64,000 nucleotides of DNA from Promethearchaeota archaeon (GCA_048939015.1 JBHLPW010000009.1:1-64000), one strand, 5' to 3'; shown: positions 48,555 through 59,535, counted from the first letter of the stretch. Notes: a model not told the origin generated them from the sequence alone. Translations and numbers: made by a program.

Positions 48555-49337
48555 TTATAGCCCTTTTGGACCTTGTTTATATATTTCAAATGCTTCCTCC
48601 ACAGAAGCATTATTATGAACTATTTCACGTACAGCTTTGATCATTCCAATAGGAGAATCACTTTGGAATATATTTCTCCCCATATCAACTCCAACAGCTC
48701 CTTTTTCAATTGCATTCTTAGCCATTTCTAATGCATCTCTTTCCTCAACTTTTTTTCCGCCTGCTATAACAATTGGTACAGGACAAATGCTGGTAACATT
48801 TTCAAAATTAGGGCAATAATAAGTTTTTACAAATGTAGCACCCATTTCTGCTGCCATTCTACTAGCCATTCCAAGATATCTATCATCTCTAACCATTTCT
48901 CTCCCTACAGCTGTGACGGCTAAGGTTGGAATTCCATATTCCTGTCCCCAATTAACAAGTTTTGATAAATTCATTAAACTTTGCTTCTCAAACTCTCCTC
49001 CAACAAAGATTGAACAAGTTATTGCTGAAACATTTAATCTTATTGCATCTTCGATTGTAACATTTATTTCTTCATTTGAGAGTTCTTTTAACATACTGGC
49101 TCCGGCTGATACTCTTAATACAATAGGTATATCAATATTAGGATCAACACAGCTTCTCAACATCCCTCGAGTCAGCATTAATGCATCAGCATATTCAAAT
49201 AATGGATTTAAATCTCCAAAACATTTTAATTGTCCTGGAACGTTTCCAAAATAACCATGATCTACAGCTAACATTACACAATGTCCGGATTTAGGTTTTA
49301 TTATTCTTGATAACCTATTTCGCATCCCATAATCCAT
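48555..49337 (-). CDS. lsrF: 3-hydroxy-5-phosphonooxypentane-2,4-dione thiolase (class I aldolase fold)
   Basis: GMRNRLSRII, MLAVDHGYF, AVTAVG, VKTYY, PIVIAGGKK, GVDMGRNIFQS. Confidence 0.9.
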   Translation of the reverse strand: MDYGMRNRLSRIIKPKSGHCVMLAVDHGYFGNVPGQLKCFGDLNPLFEYADALMLTRGMLRSCVDPNIDIPIVLRVSAGASMLKELSNEEINVTIEDAIRLNVSAITCSIFVGGEFEKQSLMNLSKLVNWGQEYGIPTLAVTAVGREMVRDDRYLGMASRMAAEMGATFVKTYYCPNFENVTSICPVPIVIAGGKKVEERDALEMAKNAIEKGAVGVDMGRNIFQSDSPIGMIKAVREIVHNNASVEEAFEIYKQGPKGL

Positions 49338-49439
49338 CTTAGTTCACTTTTTACTGATATTTTTATTTAAGATAACTTTATTAGATAATTTAGGATCTCT
49401 ATTTTACTTTTTCTATAAAAAAAAAGAAATTGTGAGCAT

Positions 49440-50288
49440 TTAAATAACGCTTAAGAATTCACCGACTCTATTTTTAATCTTTGAAACAATTTTCTTTGAA
49501 ATATTTCGCCTAATAAACTCTTTAATCAAAATCAAACGGTAATTGCTAATTTTTTTGATGCTTAACGCTTTAGATACTTTTTCTATTAAATCGTCCTCAT
49601 ATATTTGATCAAAAGTTTCAAGGATTGATACTGTATAATGCACTTCATTAATTAATTGAGCGATATCTTGTTGCATGAGCTTTATTTGTTCATCTTCATC
49701 AATAATTTCCAAGGCTCTTTTAATGACCTGTTCTTCGAATTTTAATTTATATGTCCAAGGAGTTTGAAAAATATGTTGAGCTGTATCCAGTATTAAAGCA
49801 TTTTTATCCTTAACTTTAATTTTATTAATATCTGGATCTTCAATTATATTAATTGTTTTACTTCCTCTGTATGTCTCTGGCAATATATTGTCTCCTATTG
49901 AATTCAATAAGGACTCACTATATTTGAAATCATTGTCTTTTATTATATATGAGGGATAATTAAATATTTTTGCATGAATAAGACTAAAAATTCCATAGAT
50001 TCCAAAAATTTGAATTAAGTTTCTAAGATTTATCCTTCCTGCTGTCTCCCTTTCAATTTCAGGAGAAATACTGCTCATAAAGATGTCAATCTTTTCATAA
50101 CCCCTTATATTTCCTTTGGTATCTACAAACATGATAAATTGGTGTTCTGGACAAACCGCATTGATAGGTATTTGAATTTTTATAGTACCAAATTTTTTTT
50201 GAGAGAAGACAGCTTCAGGTATATTAATGTTTTTGGCTTTTCCGCAGGTAGGACACACTACATTAAGAACTTTATACGATTCAGCCAT
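49440..50288 (-). CDS. Hypothetical protein with the same Zn-binding N-terminal domain as 17140-17682
   Basis: VVCPTCGK...VCPEHQFIMFVDTKGNIRGYEKID. Confidence 0.6.
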   Translation of the reverse strand: MAESYKVLNVVCPTCGKAKNINIPEAVFSQKKFGTIKIQIPINAVCPEHQFIMFVDTKGNIRGYEKIDIFMSSISPEIERETAGRINLRNLIQIFGIYGIFSLIHAKIFNYPSYIIKDNDFKYSESLLNSIGDNILPETYRGSKTINIIEDPDINKIKVKDKNALILDTAQHIFQTPWTYKLKFEEQVIKRALEIIDEDEQIKLMQQDIAQLINEVHYTVSILETFDQIYEDDLIEKVSKALSIKKISNYRLILIKEFIRRNISKKIVSKIKNRVGEFLSVI

Positions 50289-50380
50289 ACTTCAATTAAT
50301 CAAATTAATATTTCAACTAGTTATAAATAGAGAAATTCTACATATAAAATTTAATGAAATAGCTTTAAAAAAATAAATTG

Positions 50381-51091
50381 CTATAAAAGGAGCTTATCTA
50401 ATTGTTTTTTCCAGACATGATAATCTGAAACATAGTTAAAACCACAAACAAGAGTTATATCTCTCTTTTCCACGAAATTATTTATCTTTTTTGCTCCTTC
50501 TCTAGTATATTGGATTGATCCATAAGGATTTAGTATAAAACCTTGATCTAAGAGGATTAAATAATCACAAATAAAAAGTATTCCTTCAAAAGTATAAATG
50601 GTAAATCCTTGAGTGTGTCCACCAATATGAGTTGCTTCTATTCCAGATAAATTAAAATTTTGGGTAAACTTTTTATCAAAAGGATGCTTTGATGAAATTG
50701 GATGTTCCGCATCATTCTTATGAATCCAAATAAATGCAGTATAATATCCCCTATAAAGATTAGATGCCCCAAGAAAATGATGATGTGTAAATAAAATTTT
50801 ATCCATGGGTTCTAAATCTTTAGAAAAGGTTGAAGGACAATCAATCCAAATTCTTTTATTATCTGTTTCAATACTATAAGCAGAATGTTCAAGTCCTAAA
50901 GGAGGATATGAATTTAATCGTAAAACTTTATCCGTTATCCTTGTACTTATAATAACATAATTATTTGAACACTCCTCAGCAGTTATAAAATTTTCATAAG
51001 AAGAACCACAAAAGGGGCAAAACTGAAGATACTGCCCTATCATATTATAACCACATTTTTTGCATACTAACTGTTTTTGTAGCTCTGTCAT
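50381..51091 (-). CDS. Rubredoxin-like domain fused to an MBL-fold domain
   Basis: CKKCG...CPFCG; FTHHHFLG; GGHT. Confidence 0.75.
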   Translation of the reverse strand: MTELQKQLVCKKCGYNMIGQYLQFCPFCGSSYENFITAEECSNNYVIISTRITDKVLRLNSYPPLGLEHSAYSIETDNKRIWIDCPSTFSKDLEPMDKILFTHHHFLGASNLYRGYYTAFIWIHKNDAEHPISSKHPFDKKFTQNFNLSGIEATHIGGHTQGFTIYTFEGILFICDYLILLDQGFILNPYGSIQYTREGAKKINNFVEKRDITLVCGFNYVSDYHVWKKQLDKLLL

Positions 51092-51198
51092 TTCACTTAA
51101 TTTGTCTATAATTATCTAAATATTAATAAATCTTCTTTCGGATTATCTCTTATTGATTTTTAATAGATTTAATCTAAAAAATTATAACTGTTGGATTT

Positions 51199-52479
51199 AT
51201 GAATACTAACATTTCAGAAGAAGATTCGAAGTATATGTATGATTTTATCAAAAGTATTATTGATCAAATTGGTCCAAGAATGTCATGCAGCAAGCAAGAA
51301 GCAGAAACCGCTGAAATAATTAAGGAAGAGTTTGAGAAATCCTGTGATGAGATCATAGTCGAGGAATTTAAATGTCATCCAAAAGCATTCTTAGGTTGGA
51401 TCAAATTGGATATGATTATGATTGTAATTTCGATTCTACTTTATTTCATTAGTCAAATATTTACACAACAATTCTGGTTAGTATTTATGAGTATATTATC
51501 CTTTCTTCTAGTATTTTTACCTTTTCTAATTATGTGGGAAGAATTTTTTAATTACAGAGAGTTTATTGATCCAATATTTCGTAAAAAGGCTTCACAAAAC
51601 ATAATTGGTAAATTTAAATCTCAGGGTGAGCTTAATAAAATTATTATTTTTTCAAGTCATATGGATACCGCGATTGAATTTAAATTAATGAAACTTTTAG
51701 GATGGAAATTTATACCAATAGCATTCGGAATAATTTTTCTTATGCTTTTTTGGTTGATCCTTTCATTTCTAAATTTAACCTTTATTCTAATCGGATTTAT
51801 GAATTTGAAAGCAATTTTTCTCAATATTATGATCTGGGCTCTTATCATTGAAAGCCCATTTATTATCCTTTTATATTTTTTTGTACCATTGGGAGAGAAG
51901 GGTAATGTAGTGCCAGGTGCTGCAGATAATCTAAGTAGTTGTTCGGTTATTCAAGGAATGGGAAGATTTTTAAAAAGAAATAGAGATGTGATCCCTCCTA
52001 ATACTGAGATTAGATTGATTAGTTTTGGATGTGAAGAAGTTGGGTTGAGGGGAGCGTATCGCTATGTAGAAGCACATCATAAAGAACTAAAAAAATATGA
52101 AACCTCGGTTATTAATATGGATGGACTAGAGAAACCTGATCACGTATATATAATAGAATTTGAACCGACAACTAGAACTTGGCACTCTGAGGAAATAATT
52201 CAAAAATTATTACAAGCAGCAAAAATGGCTAATGTTGAAGCGAAGATTATGGGCTCAGGAAGATTAGAAAAAACATTAGGTCGCCTTACAGGTGGTTCAG
52301 ATGCTGCTGCGTTTTCAAAAGCTGGGATTAAAGCTGGTTTTCTAAATGCTGCTGATTGGAAAAATCGCTCTAACTATTATCATCAATCTGGAGATACTTT
52401 TGATAAAGTAAAAAAAGGTACATTAGAAAGTATCCTAAAAATTTGTATTACATTCTTAATGAATGAATCAAAATCATAA
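51199..52479 (+). CDS. M28-family metallopeptidase with inserted TM hairpins
   Basis: SSHMDT, GAADN, GCEEVGLRGA, INMD, GSDA, YYHQ..D. Confidence 0.85.
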   Translation: MNTNISEEDSKYMYDFIKSIIDQIGPRMSCSKQEAETAEIIKEEFEKSCDEIIVEEFKCHPKAFLGWIKLDMIMIVISILLYFISQIFTQQFWLVFMSILSFLLVFLPFLIMWEEFFNYREFIDPIFRKKASQNIIGKFKSQGELNKIIIFSSHMDTAIEFKLMKLLGWKFIPIAFGIIFLMLFWLILSFLNLTFILIGFMNLKAIFLNIMIWALIIESPFIILLYFFVPLGEKGNVVPGAADNLSSCSVIQGMGRFLKRNRDVIPPNTEIRLISFGCEEVGLRGAYRYVEAHHKELKKYETSVINMDGLEKPDHVYIIEFEPTTRTWHSEEIIQKLLQAAKMANVEAKIMGSGRLEKTLGRLTGGSDAAAFSKAGIKAGFLNAADWKNRSNYYHQSGDTFDKVKKGTLESILKICITFLMNESKS

Positions 52480-52558
52480 GAATAAGTTTTTATAAATTTA
52501 ATTTTTTTACTTTTCAATCCTTGAAAAAAAAGCTTTCATATAACATTGGGGGAATATT

Positions 52559-53872
52559 TTGAAGATTGAAATTTCAAAAGAAGATTCAGAATACATGTAT
52601 GATATCATACAACAGATAATTGATGAATGTGGACCTCGAATGCCTTGTAGTCCGCAAGAAGCGAAAGGGGCAGAAATGATAAAAAATCAGCTTGAAAAGA
52701 CTTGCGATGAGGTGATTAGTGAGCCTTTTTTTTGTCATCCAAGAGCAGCATTAGGATGGATAAAAATTGACATTTTTCTAGTTTTATTATCATTTAGCTT
52801 ATTTCTTTTAATTCGATTATTCATAGATTCATATTGGGTATATTTTTTATCCCCATTAGCAGCCCTCCTAGCATTCTTAGCAATTTTAATTGCGTGGGAG
52901 GAATTTTTTAGTTATAAGGAGTTTATTGATCCAATTTTTAAACAGAAGGAATCTCAAAATGTTATAGGTAAAATTAAACCTGAAGAAGAAGTAAAAAAAA
53001 TTTTAATTTTCTCTGGTCATCATGATAGTGCTTTACAATTTAATCTTTTAAGATATCTAAAATATGGATATGAAATAATAATTTTCTTAGGATTGGGGAT
53101 TTTATTTCTTTGGTTAGTCACATCTGTAATATTTGTAATCCTTTCCATATTTTCATATTTACTAGATATAATTGTGATTTACCAATCGTTTTTCTATTTT
53201 ACCATTTGGTTACTGATTATTGGGAGTATACCTTTGATATCATTGTTTTTTTTTGTAAGTCCTGGAGAAAAAGCTAATAAAGTTCCAGGAGCAGTAGATA
53301 ATTTAAGTGCAATTGCAGTTATTTTAGCTCTGGCAAGATATTTGAAGAAACATAAAGAAATTATACCAAAGAATACAGAAATAAGAATAATATCATTTGG
53401 ATGTGAAGAAGCCTTTTTAAGAGGGGCTTTTCGCTATGTAGAATCTCATTTAGAAGAATTGCAAAAATATGATGCTGAATGCATTAATTTAGATGCAATT
53501 GAAAGTAAAGATCATCTAGCATTTTCAGAAAAAGAACCAACGACAAGAACAAATCATAATAAAGAAGTTGTTCAAAAACTTATTAAAGCGGCTGAATTAG
53601 TCGATATAAAAGTAAATGTAGCGGGTTTGGGAGGAGGAACTTTTCTTGAGAAGTTAGCAGGGTTAATGGGGGGAGGTACTGATGCCGCTGCCTTCTCAAA
53701 ATCAAAAATAAAAGCTAGTTCTATTACTGCTATGAATTTACTTAAAATGGTGCATTTTTACCATCAAGAATCAGATACTCTAGATAAAATTGAAAAGGGT
53801 GTACTAGAAAATACTTTAAAGATATGTATTGGGTATATAATGAATGAATTTAGAAATGAAAAAGATTCATAG
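52559..53872 (+). CDS. M28-family metallopeptidase with inserted TM hairpins (tandem paralog)
   Basis: SGHHDS, GAVDN, GCEEAFLRGA, INLD, GTDA, FYHQ..D. Confidence 0.85.
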   Translation: MKIEISKEDSEYMYDIIQQIIDECGPRMPCSPQEAKGAEMIKNQLEKTCDEVISEPFFCHPRAALGWIKIDIFLVLLSFSLFLLIRLFIDSYWVYFLSPLAALLAFLAILIAWEEFFSYKEFIDPIFKQKESQNVIGKIKPEEEVKKILIFSGHHDSALQFNLLRYLKYGYEIIIFLGLGILFLWLVTSVIFVILSIFSYLLDIIVIYQSFFYFTIWLLIIGSIPLISLFFFVSPGEKANKVPGAVDNLSAIAVILALARYLKKHKEIIPKNTEIRIISFGCEEAFLRGAFRYVESHLEELQKYDAECINLDAIESKDHLAFSEKEPTTRTNHNKEVVQKLIKAAELVDIKVNVAGLGGGTFLEKLAGLMGGGTDAAAFSKSKIKASSITAMNLLKMVHFYHQESDTLDKIEKGVLENTLKICIGYIMNEFRNEKDS

Positions 53873-53909
53873 TATTTCTTTTTATGTTTATTATTTAAAA
53901 AAAAAAAAA

Positions 53910-56567
53910 TTATAATCCAGAGATAAAATTTTCTTCCCTACTTTCAGGTTTTACTACTAATTTAACCAATAGTGTTATAAATATTGTAGGGATTAATCCT
54001 ACGAAGCAAATTGCAAATACTCCTGCCAGAAAAACATTAGAAATAGAAGTAGTGAGAAAGATTTGACCTGCAGAGTCTATCAGATAATGCAAAGTTATGC
54101 TAGGAAGAAGACTTTTCGTTTTGATGTACATATATCCAAAAGACAAACCCAATAATGAGGCATATGTTACTTGAAATGAAACGGATAACAAAGCACTAAC
54201 AGGATCGACTCCTAAAATAAAATAAGTAATGAGATTAAAACTATGGGCAAATCCAAACATTACACTACTGAGTATAAGAGTTATTCCCATATGATATTTT
54301 TTAGATAACATAGGAATTGCTACTCCACGGAAAGCAGTTTCTTCCCAGATCCCAGGAATGAGCATGTATATAAATAAAAACCAACCTAATCCTGCTAGTC
54401 CAAATCCGCTAGGGTTAGGATTGCCAAATAATACTGAAGGATCAAAAACATAATTCCCAAGACTAATGGCGCCAATTAATACTACTATTCCAAATATTAC
54501 AAATGAGCCAAATCCAAGAAGTAAATTTCTTAATATAGGTTGTTTTGTGCTTAAGTGAATTTTTCTTGTATAATCTTTAAAAGAATCACTTATTTCAGGA
54601 AGCTTCATACCTTTAGGGATTACAAAAAACAATAGAAGAGTTAAAAAACCGAATACTAAGAAGAATTCAATAAATAAAAATATGGGATAATTATTAATTG
54701 TTAGATTACTTAGGAGTGGAAGCAAGGTTAAAGACTCAGCAAACCCGGCTAACTGCAGAAAAGCAAAATATAAAATTGTTAAAACTACAACTCCTATAAT
54801 TGGGTTATTTCTTAAAAAACCCATAGTTTCGTAGGTAGACAGTTTTTCTTCTTTTGGAAACATTCTGGTAAAAATAAATAACATTAATGCTAATCCAAGA
54901 AGGCCGATTGCACCCAAAAATATAAGCGCAATAGTAATACCAAAAATAGATATTAAAACAGTGCCTATTATCAAAATTATCATGTAGAGTCCAAATTCAG
55001 ATAAGAGCATTATGATCCACTTTATTATTTTATGTTCCTTATGCAATTCTTCAAGAATATATTTGTATTTCATCTTTCCGAAGAATTTAATTTTCAATAT
55101 AAACATAAACAAAAGTAATGTCCACGCTATAGGTAAGGTAATCAAAAGTAATAGAACAACGAAAAAGGTTTCTAATATTATAGTAAGGACTATTGAAGTT
55201 AGAATAAGTGATACTCCTTGAATAGAAAACATTAAAAGAACTTTTGCTTTTGCTTGATCTCGAGGAACAAGGGGTAATGATGCTAATGTTGAGCTGCCTG
55301 ATTCTTCTAAGTTCAAGAATCCAACTATCAGCATTATTGGTATAAACATATAAATCATGAGAATGATGGACCACATTATTAAAATTGCTTCTGTTGTCAT
55401 AGAAAATTCATTAAATATTCCCATCATAGATAAAATCATTATCAATGGATAAAAAATTGGGAAGAATATAAACATAAATGATTGAATATCTCTCGTAGAA
55501 GAAACTAAATCTTTCCGTATATATGCCTTAATTGGTGAATTAGCAATAATTTCAAAATGAATCTCTTTTTTCTCTTTCTTTTCTGCTTTTATTGGAATTT
55601 CTGTCGAAATAGCACTTTGTAAAGCTCGTTGTGCAACCTTAAAAATTACCCATGTCAAAATTACACTCAGTACTAAACCAGTAATTGTAGTCAGTATCAA
55701 AATTGGATCTGCTTGAAATTGAATTGAACCTAATGATACAAAAAATGAAGGAGCCACAATAAAAGGAATTAAGCTCAAAATTATTAATAGACCAAATGAG
55801 GGTTCAGTAGATACAAAAGAATCGAAAAGGGTCTCAACAGCTTGCATCCCCCAACTAAATATAAAACTCGTACCAAACATAATGATAAAATACCCTAACA
55901 TCGTGATAGTTCTAACTAAACCTGCCCTTTTTGATCCGACTTTTGTTTCTGAAAAAAGAAAACTCATCTTCTCTCCAATTAATATTAGAATGCTAAAACT
56001 GAAAATAGCATTAATAATATTTGCAACAAACGATATCAAAAATATAAGAATATTTTGTGTTATAATGAGCATAATTACTGGAAAACCAGCAACTAATAAT
56101 ATAACGGGAATATCTAAATTACGAAACAATGTCATAAAGCCAATTTTCTTTAGGTTCTTTTTTGAAAAGGGTAAAGTTTGTAACCACTTGAATGCATTCC
56201 CTGACATGAAAGAGCCTGTTGTTATCATCCCAAACATTAACATGTACATAAAGTTCATACCAAAATATATAATAAAGATAATAGAAGAGACAAGAACAAT
56301 TGAATTTATAGAGTATATTCCTGAACGAATAAATCCTTGCATTTGATTATAAGTGATTAAAGGAAGTATAGGTAAAAATAAAAAAAGAAAACTAAAGACA
56401 ATTTTTAGACCTAAAGCTTGATATATAATATACTTATTATTTTTTTTCAATTTTTCAATAAATTTTGCTTGATGAGCTCCTGCACTTGCTAATTGACCCT
56501 CCATTATTATCTCATGTGTAGGGTACTTTGCTAAAGAATAAAAAGATCTGCTTTTTTGTTCTCCCAT
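53910..56567 (-). CDS. ABC-exporter-type permease fused to C-terminal CPBP intramembrane protease
   Basis: Permease motifs WLQTLPF, IRKDL...RD, LASLPL; C-terminal WEETAFRG, FGFAH, LHYLID; directly follows an ABC ATPase. Confidence 0.8.
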   Translation of the reverse strand: MGEQKSRSFYSLAKYPTHEIIMEGQLASAGAHQAKFIEKLKKNNKYIIYQALGLKIVFSFLFLFLPILPLITYNQMQGFIRSGIYSINSIVLVSSIIFIIYFGMNFMYMLMFGMITTGSFMSGNAFKWLQTLPFSKKNLKKIGFMTLFRNLDIPVILLVAGFPVIMLIITQNILIFLISFVANIINAIFSFSILILIGEKMSFLFSETKVGSKRAGLVRTITMLGYFIIMFGTSFIFSWGMQAVETLFDSFVSTEPSFGLLIILSLIPFIVAPSFFVSLGSIQFQADPILILTTITGLVLSVILTWVIFKVAQRALQSAISTEIPIKAEKKEKKEIHFEIIANSPIKAYIRKDLVSSTRDIQSFMFIFFPIFYPLIMILSMMGIFNEFSMTTEAILIMWSIILMIYMFIPIMLIVGFLNLEESGSSTLASLPLVPRDQAKAKVLLMFSIQGVSLILTSIVLTIILETFFVVLLLLITLPIAWTLLLFMFILKIKFFGKMKYKYILEELHKEHKIIKWIIMLLSEFGLYMIILIIGTVLISIFGITIALIFLGAIGLLGLALMLFIFTRMFPKEEKLSTYETMGFLRNNPIIGVVVLTILYFAFLQLAGFAESLTLLPLLSNLTINNYPIFLFIEFFLVFGFLTLLLFFVIPKGMKLPEISDSFKDYTRKIHLSTKQPILRNLLLGFGSFVIFGIVVLIGAISLGNYVFDPSVLFGNPNPSGFGLAGLGWFLFIYMLIPGIWEETAFRGVAIPMLSKKYHMGITLILSSVMFGFAHSFNLITYFILGVDPVSALLSVSFQVTYASLLGLSFGYMYIKTKSLLPSITLHYLIDSAGQIFLTTSISNVFLAGVFAICFVGLIPTIFITLLVKLVVKPESREENFISGL

Positions 56568-56581
56568 ATTTGTTAGCTCCC

Positions 56582-57382
56582 TTATCTCTTCATTTTGTAA
56601 GATGCTCGTAACTTGCTAACTATCTCATTAACTGAAGTATCTTGTTCAGTTAATCGTAGAAAGACATCCTCTAAACTTGCCCCAAATCTATCTGCTTGCT
56701 GACGTAATTCCTCTAAAGTTCCAATCCCGACCATTTTTCCTTTATGAATGATACCTATACGATCACATAATTCTTGAGCTATTTCCATAATATGAGTTGA
56801 AAATAGAACGGAACCCCCACTCTCTGTATGGAGATCCAATATAGATTTAAAGACTCTTACAGATTTAGCATCAAGACCTGCGATAGGCTCGTCTAAAATA
56901 AGTAAATCTGGTTCATGGAGTATTGCGGCAATAATTTGCAATTTTTGTTTATTACCATGGGATAAAGTAGCGATTAGCTGATCGTAATATTCTATAGCTT
57001 CTAAACTTTCCATATACTCTTTTGCAAGCTCTGTAGTCTTCATTTCATCTAATTGACGTACAGACGCTATAAAATTAAATAAATCTTTTGGCGTTAAAGA
57101 CTTGAATATTAAAGGTTCTTCACTTACGTAGCCAATTCGACGTTTAATTTCAACTTCATCATGTTCAGGATTCAAGCCAAAAACACTCATTTCTCCTTCA
57201 TTTGGTTCAAGAAGTCCTAATAGAAGCTTTATAGTAGTAGTTTTTCCCGCACCATTAGGACCTAAAAGACCAAATACTTCACCTTGTCGAACATTAAAAG
57301 AAATACCATTAACAGCTTTGACTTCACCAAAAAACTTCTTTAAGCCATTTACAACAATAATTTCATGATTTGACATTTTCAT
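56582..57382 (-). CDS. ABC transporter ATP-binding protein
   Basis: GPNGAGKTT, LSHGNKQK, ILDEP, STH. Confidence 0.95.
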   Translation of the reverse strand: MKMSNHEIIVVNGLKKFFGEVKAVNGISFNVRQGEVFGLLGPNGAGKTTTIKLLLGLLEPNEGEMSVFGLNPEHDEVEIKRRIGYVSEEPLIFKSLTPKDLFNFIASVRQLDEMKTTELAKEYMESLEAIEYYDQLIATLSHGNKQKLQIIAAILHEPDLLILDEPIAGLDAKSVRVFKSILDLHTESGGSVLFSTHIMEIAQELCDRIGIIHKGKMVGIGTLEELRQQADRFGASLEDVFLRLTEQDTSVNEIVSKLRASYKMKR

Positions 57383-57565
57383 TCATTAAAATTGATATTT
57401 CAACATAAGTTTTTTCAAAAGAGTTATTATATATCTCTTTATATACTTCCATATAATATTATATTTAAATGTTATGGATAAAATGAAAACCAGTAAAAAT
57501 AACTTGATTAAATGAAATAATAACAAAAGAAAAATATATATAGATATATTTTTTTCTTTTACTTT

Positions 57566-58534
57566 CTAAATATCAATAATTTTATCATTATCTTTTTGGT
57601 TAACAATTATTATAATTGAAACGATTATTAGTAATGTACCTATTAAATGAGCAATAGTGAAATTTTCTCCAAGAATAAGAGTGGCAAAAATTGCAGATGT
57701 TATTGGAGTTGGAGAAAAGATGGTAGTAGCTTTTGAGACGCTTAAATAAGATAATGTCAAATACCAACATACTAATCCTGCGCCATACACCGATCCCATC
57801 ATAAAGAAAAATAACAAATTAGATGGTTCAGAGAAAATTCTTAAATCTGGAGTAAAGAAAAGGAAATAAGTGGAGATTAAGATTACACATGACAGAATAT
57901 TTCTAATAAAAACCATTTGAATAGGAGTAGCTTCATTTCTACTAAAAATTGGCTTAGTTAGAGTATGTCCAACCATCCACAAGAATGTTATCAGCAGTAA
58001 GATTCCTATGCCACTCAAAATAGTATTATTAAAATTGACAAGAGTAAAAAATTGAGTAATACTTATTGCTAATCCAAAAAAAAGTACAAATGAAAAAACA
58101 ATTTGTAGTTTAGTAACTCTTTCTTTTAGAATAAGAAACCCTAAAATTATTCCAAAAAATACCGTTGTTTTTTGAGTTAAAGATCCATTTATAGCTCCTG
58201 AAAGAGAATATCCTACAAAAAATAAAACTTGATTAAGCGCAAATAGTAATCCAATAAACAATAATAACCAAATATTTTTCTTCCAACTACTTAGAAAATT
58301 AGATTGACTATTTTGATTTTCTTTATTAATTAATATCCTTTTATTTGAGCTTTTGAATTTTAATTCAAATAACATTATTGGAAAAAAAACCATAGTTTCA
58401 ACCAAACATGTCATCGCTCCTGAGAGATATGCATCAACAGCAGTAGGTCTTAAAAGAGCAACTATTGGTTGTAGTCCTACAAAAACTATTCCTATAAAAC
58501 CAGTTATTAGACCTTTCTTAATGTTATTATCCAA
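57566..58534 (-). CDS. DMT/EamA-family transporter
   Basis: About 10 TMs in two repeats; LILKERV, LILGENF. Confidence 0.85.
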   Translation of the reverse strand: MDNNIKKGLITGFIGIVFVGLQPIVALLRPTAVDAYLSGAMTCLVETMVFFPIMLFELKFKSSNKRILINKENQNSQSNFLSSWKKNIWLLLFIGLLFALNQVLFFVGYSLSGAINGSLTQKTTVFFGIILGFLILKERVTKLQIVFSFVLFFGLAISITQFFTLVNFNNTILSGIGILLLITFLWMVGHTLTKPIFSRNEATPIQMVFIRNILSCVILISTYFLFFTPDLRIFSEPSNLLFFFMMGSVYGAGLVCWYLTLSYLSVSKATTIFSPTPITSAIFATLILGENFTIAHLIGTLLIIVSIIIIVNQKDNDKIIDI

Positions 58535-58719
58535 ACTAAATAGGAATAAGTTTTAGCAATTTTAAAGGTTTATTTTCATAGACATTAGAGATTTATTCTG
58601 ATTCTTATCTAATTATTACGAATGTTGACAAAACAATAACAATCGCTTTTTAATTAAGTAAAATTTAATTGATTAGAAAAATTTTGAAAATAACTTATCA
58701 AGAGAAATGGAAGTGAACA

Positions 58720-59535
58720 ATAATTTCTAACAACAATGCCATTATATCTCATAATCTCACTAAGAAATTTGGAAAAATTGTAGCTGTAAATAATCTAAAT
58801 TTGAAAATTTCATATGGTAAAACTTATGGACTCTTAGGTCCTAACGGTGCTGGCAAAACTACCACTGTTCGAATGTTAAATGCTATAATTTCTCCCACAA
58901 GTGGTACTGCAGAAGTTGTAGGGTATGATATTATAACTCAGAGTAAAGATGTCAAATTAAATTGTGGTTTTTTGCCTGAATCCCCTGGACTCTATCAAAA
59001 GTTGACAGCTAAAGAATTCTTGGAATTTGTTGGTGAGTTATATTATCTCCCAAAAAATATTATTTCTACACGTATTGAAGAATTATTAGATATTTTTGAC
59101 TTGGAAGGGCGTGAGAATGATCTTTTAGAAGGATATTCGAGAGGTATGAAGCAAAAAGTTTGTTTATGCGCCGCCTTAATACAAGATCCTAAGATTATTT
59201 TCTTGGATGAACCAACATCTAATCTAGATCCTGCAGCTGCAAGAATGGTAAAAGATTTAATCTCTGATCTTGCTAGGAAAGCGGATAAAACTATCTTTAT
59301 TTGTACTCATCTCCTTGATGCTGCTGAAGAATTATGTGATTTAATTGGGATCATCGATAAAGGGGAATTAAAAGTTGAGGGAAGCCCAAAAGAAATTATT
59401 GAATCCGTTGGTGCAAAAGATTTAGAAGAAGCATATCTAAAAATTATGGGCGTTTCTAAAATTGAAGATCTACTAGCCTGGAGAGAAGAGACTCCTACTA
59501 GCTCTGTAAAAGACAAAAAAAGGAAAAAGAAATAA
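58720..59535 (+). CDS. ABC transporter ATP-binding protein
   Basis: GPNGAGKTT, YSRGMKQK, FLDEP, CTH; conserved N-terminus AIISHNLTKKFGKIVAVNNLNL lies upstream of the track start 58801. Confidence 0.92.
   Translation: MISNNNAIISHNLTKKFGKIVAVNNLNLKISYGKTYGLLGPNGAGKTTTVRMLNAIISPTSGTAEVVGYDIITQSKDVKLNCGFLPESPGLYQKLTAKEFLEFVGELYYLPKNIISTRIEELLDIFDLEGRENDLLEGYSRGMKQKVCLCAALIQDPKIIFLDEPTSNLDPAAARMVKDLISDLARKADKTIFICTHLLDAAEELCDLIGIIDKGELKVEGSPKEIIESVGAKDLEEAYLKIMGVSKIEDLLAWREETPTSSVKDKKRKKK

Noticed and set aside
1-56567. A eukaryote-like CaaX pathway (prenyltransferase repeats, two CPBP/Rce1-like proteases, small GTPases)
   Set aside because: Neither GTPase ends in a Cys motif (NQYYN, RSVLG). The repeat proteins lack visible Zn-ligand motifs, one is predicted extracellular, and the genes are not clustered.
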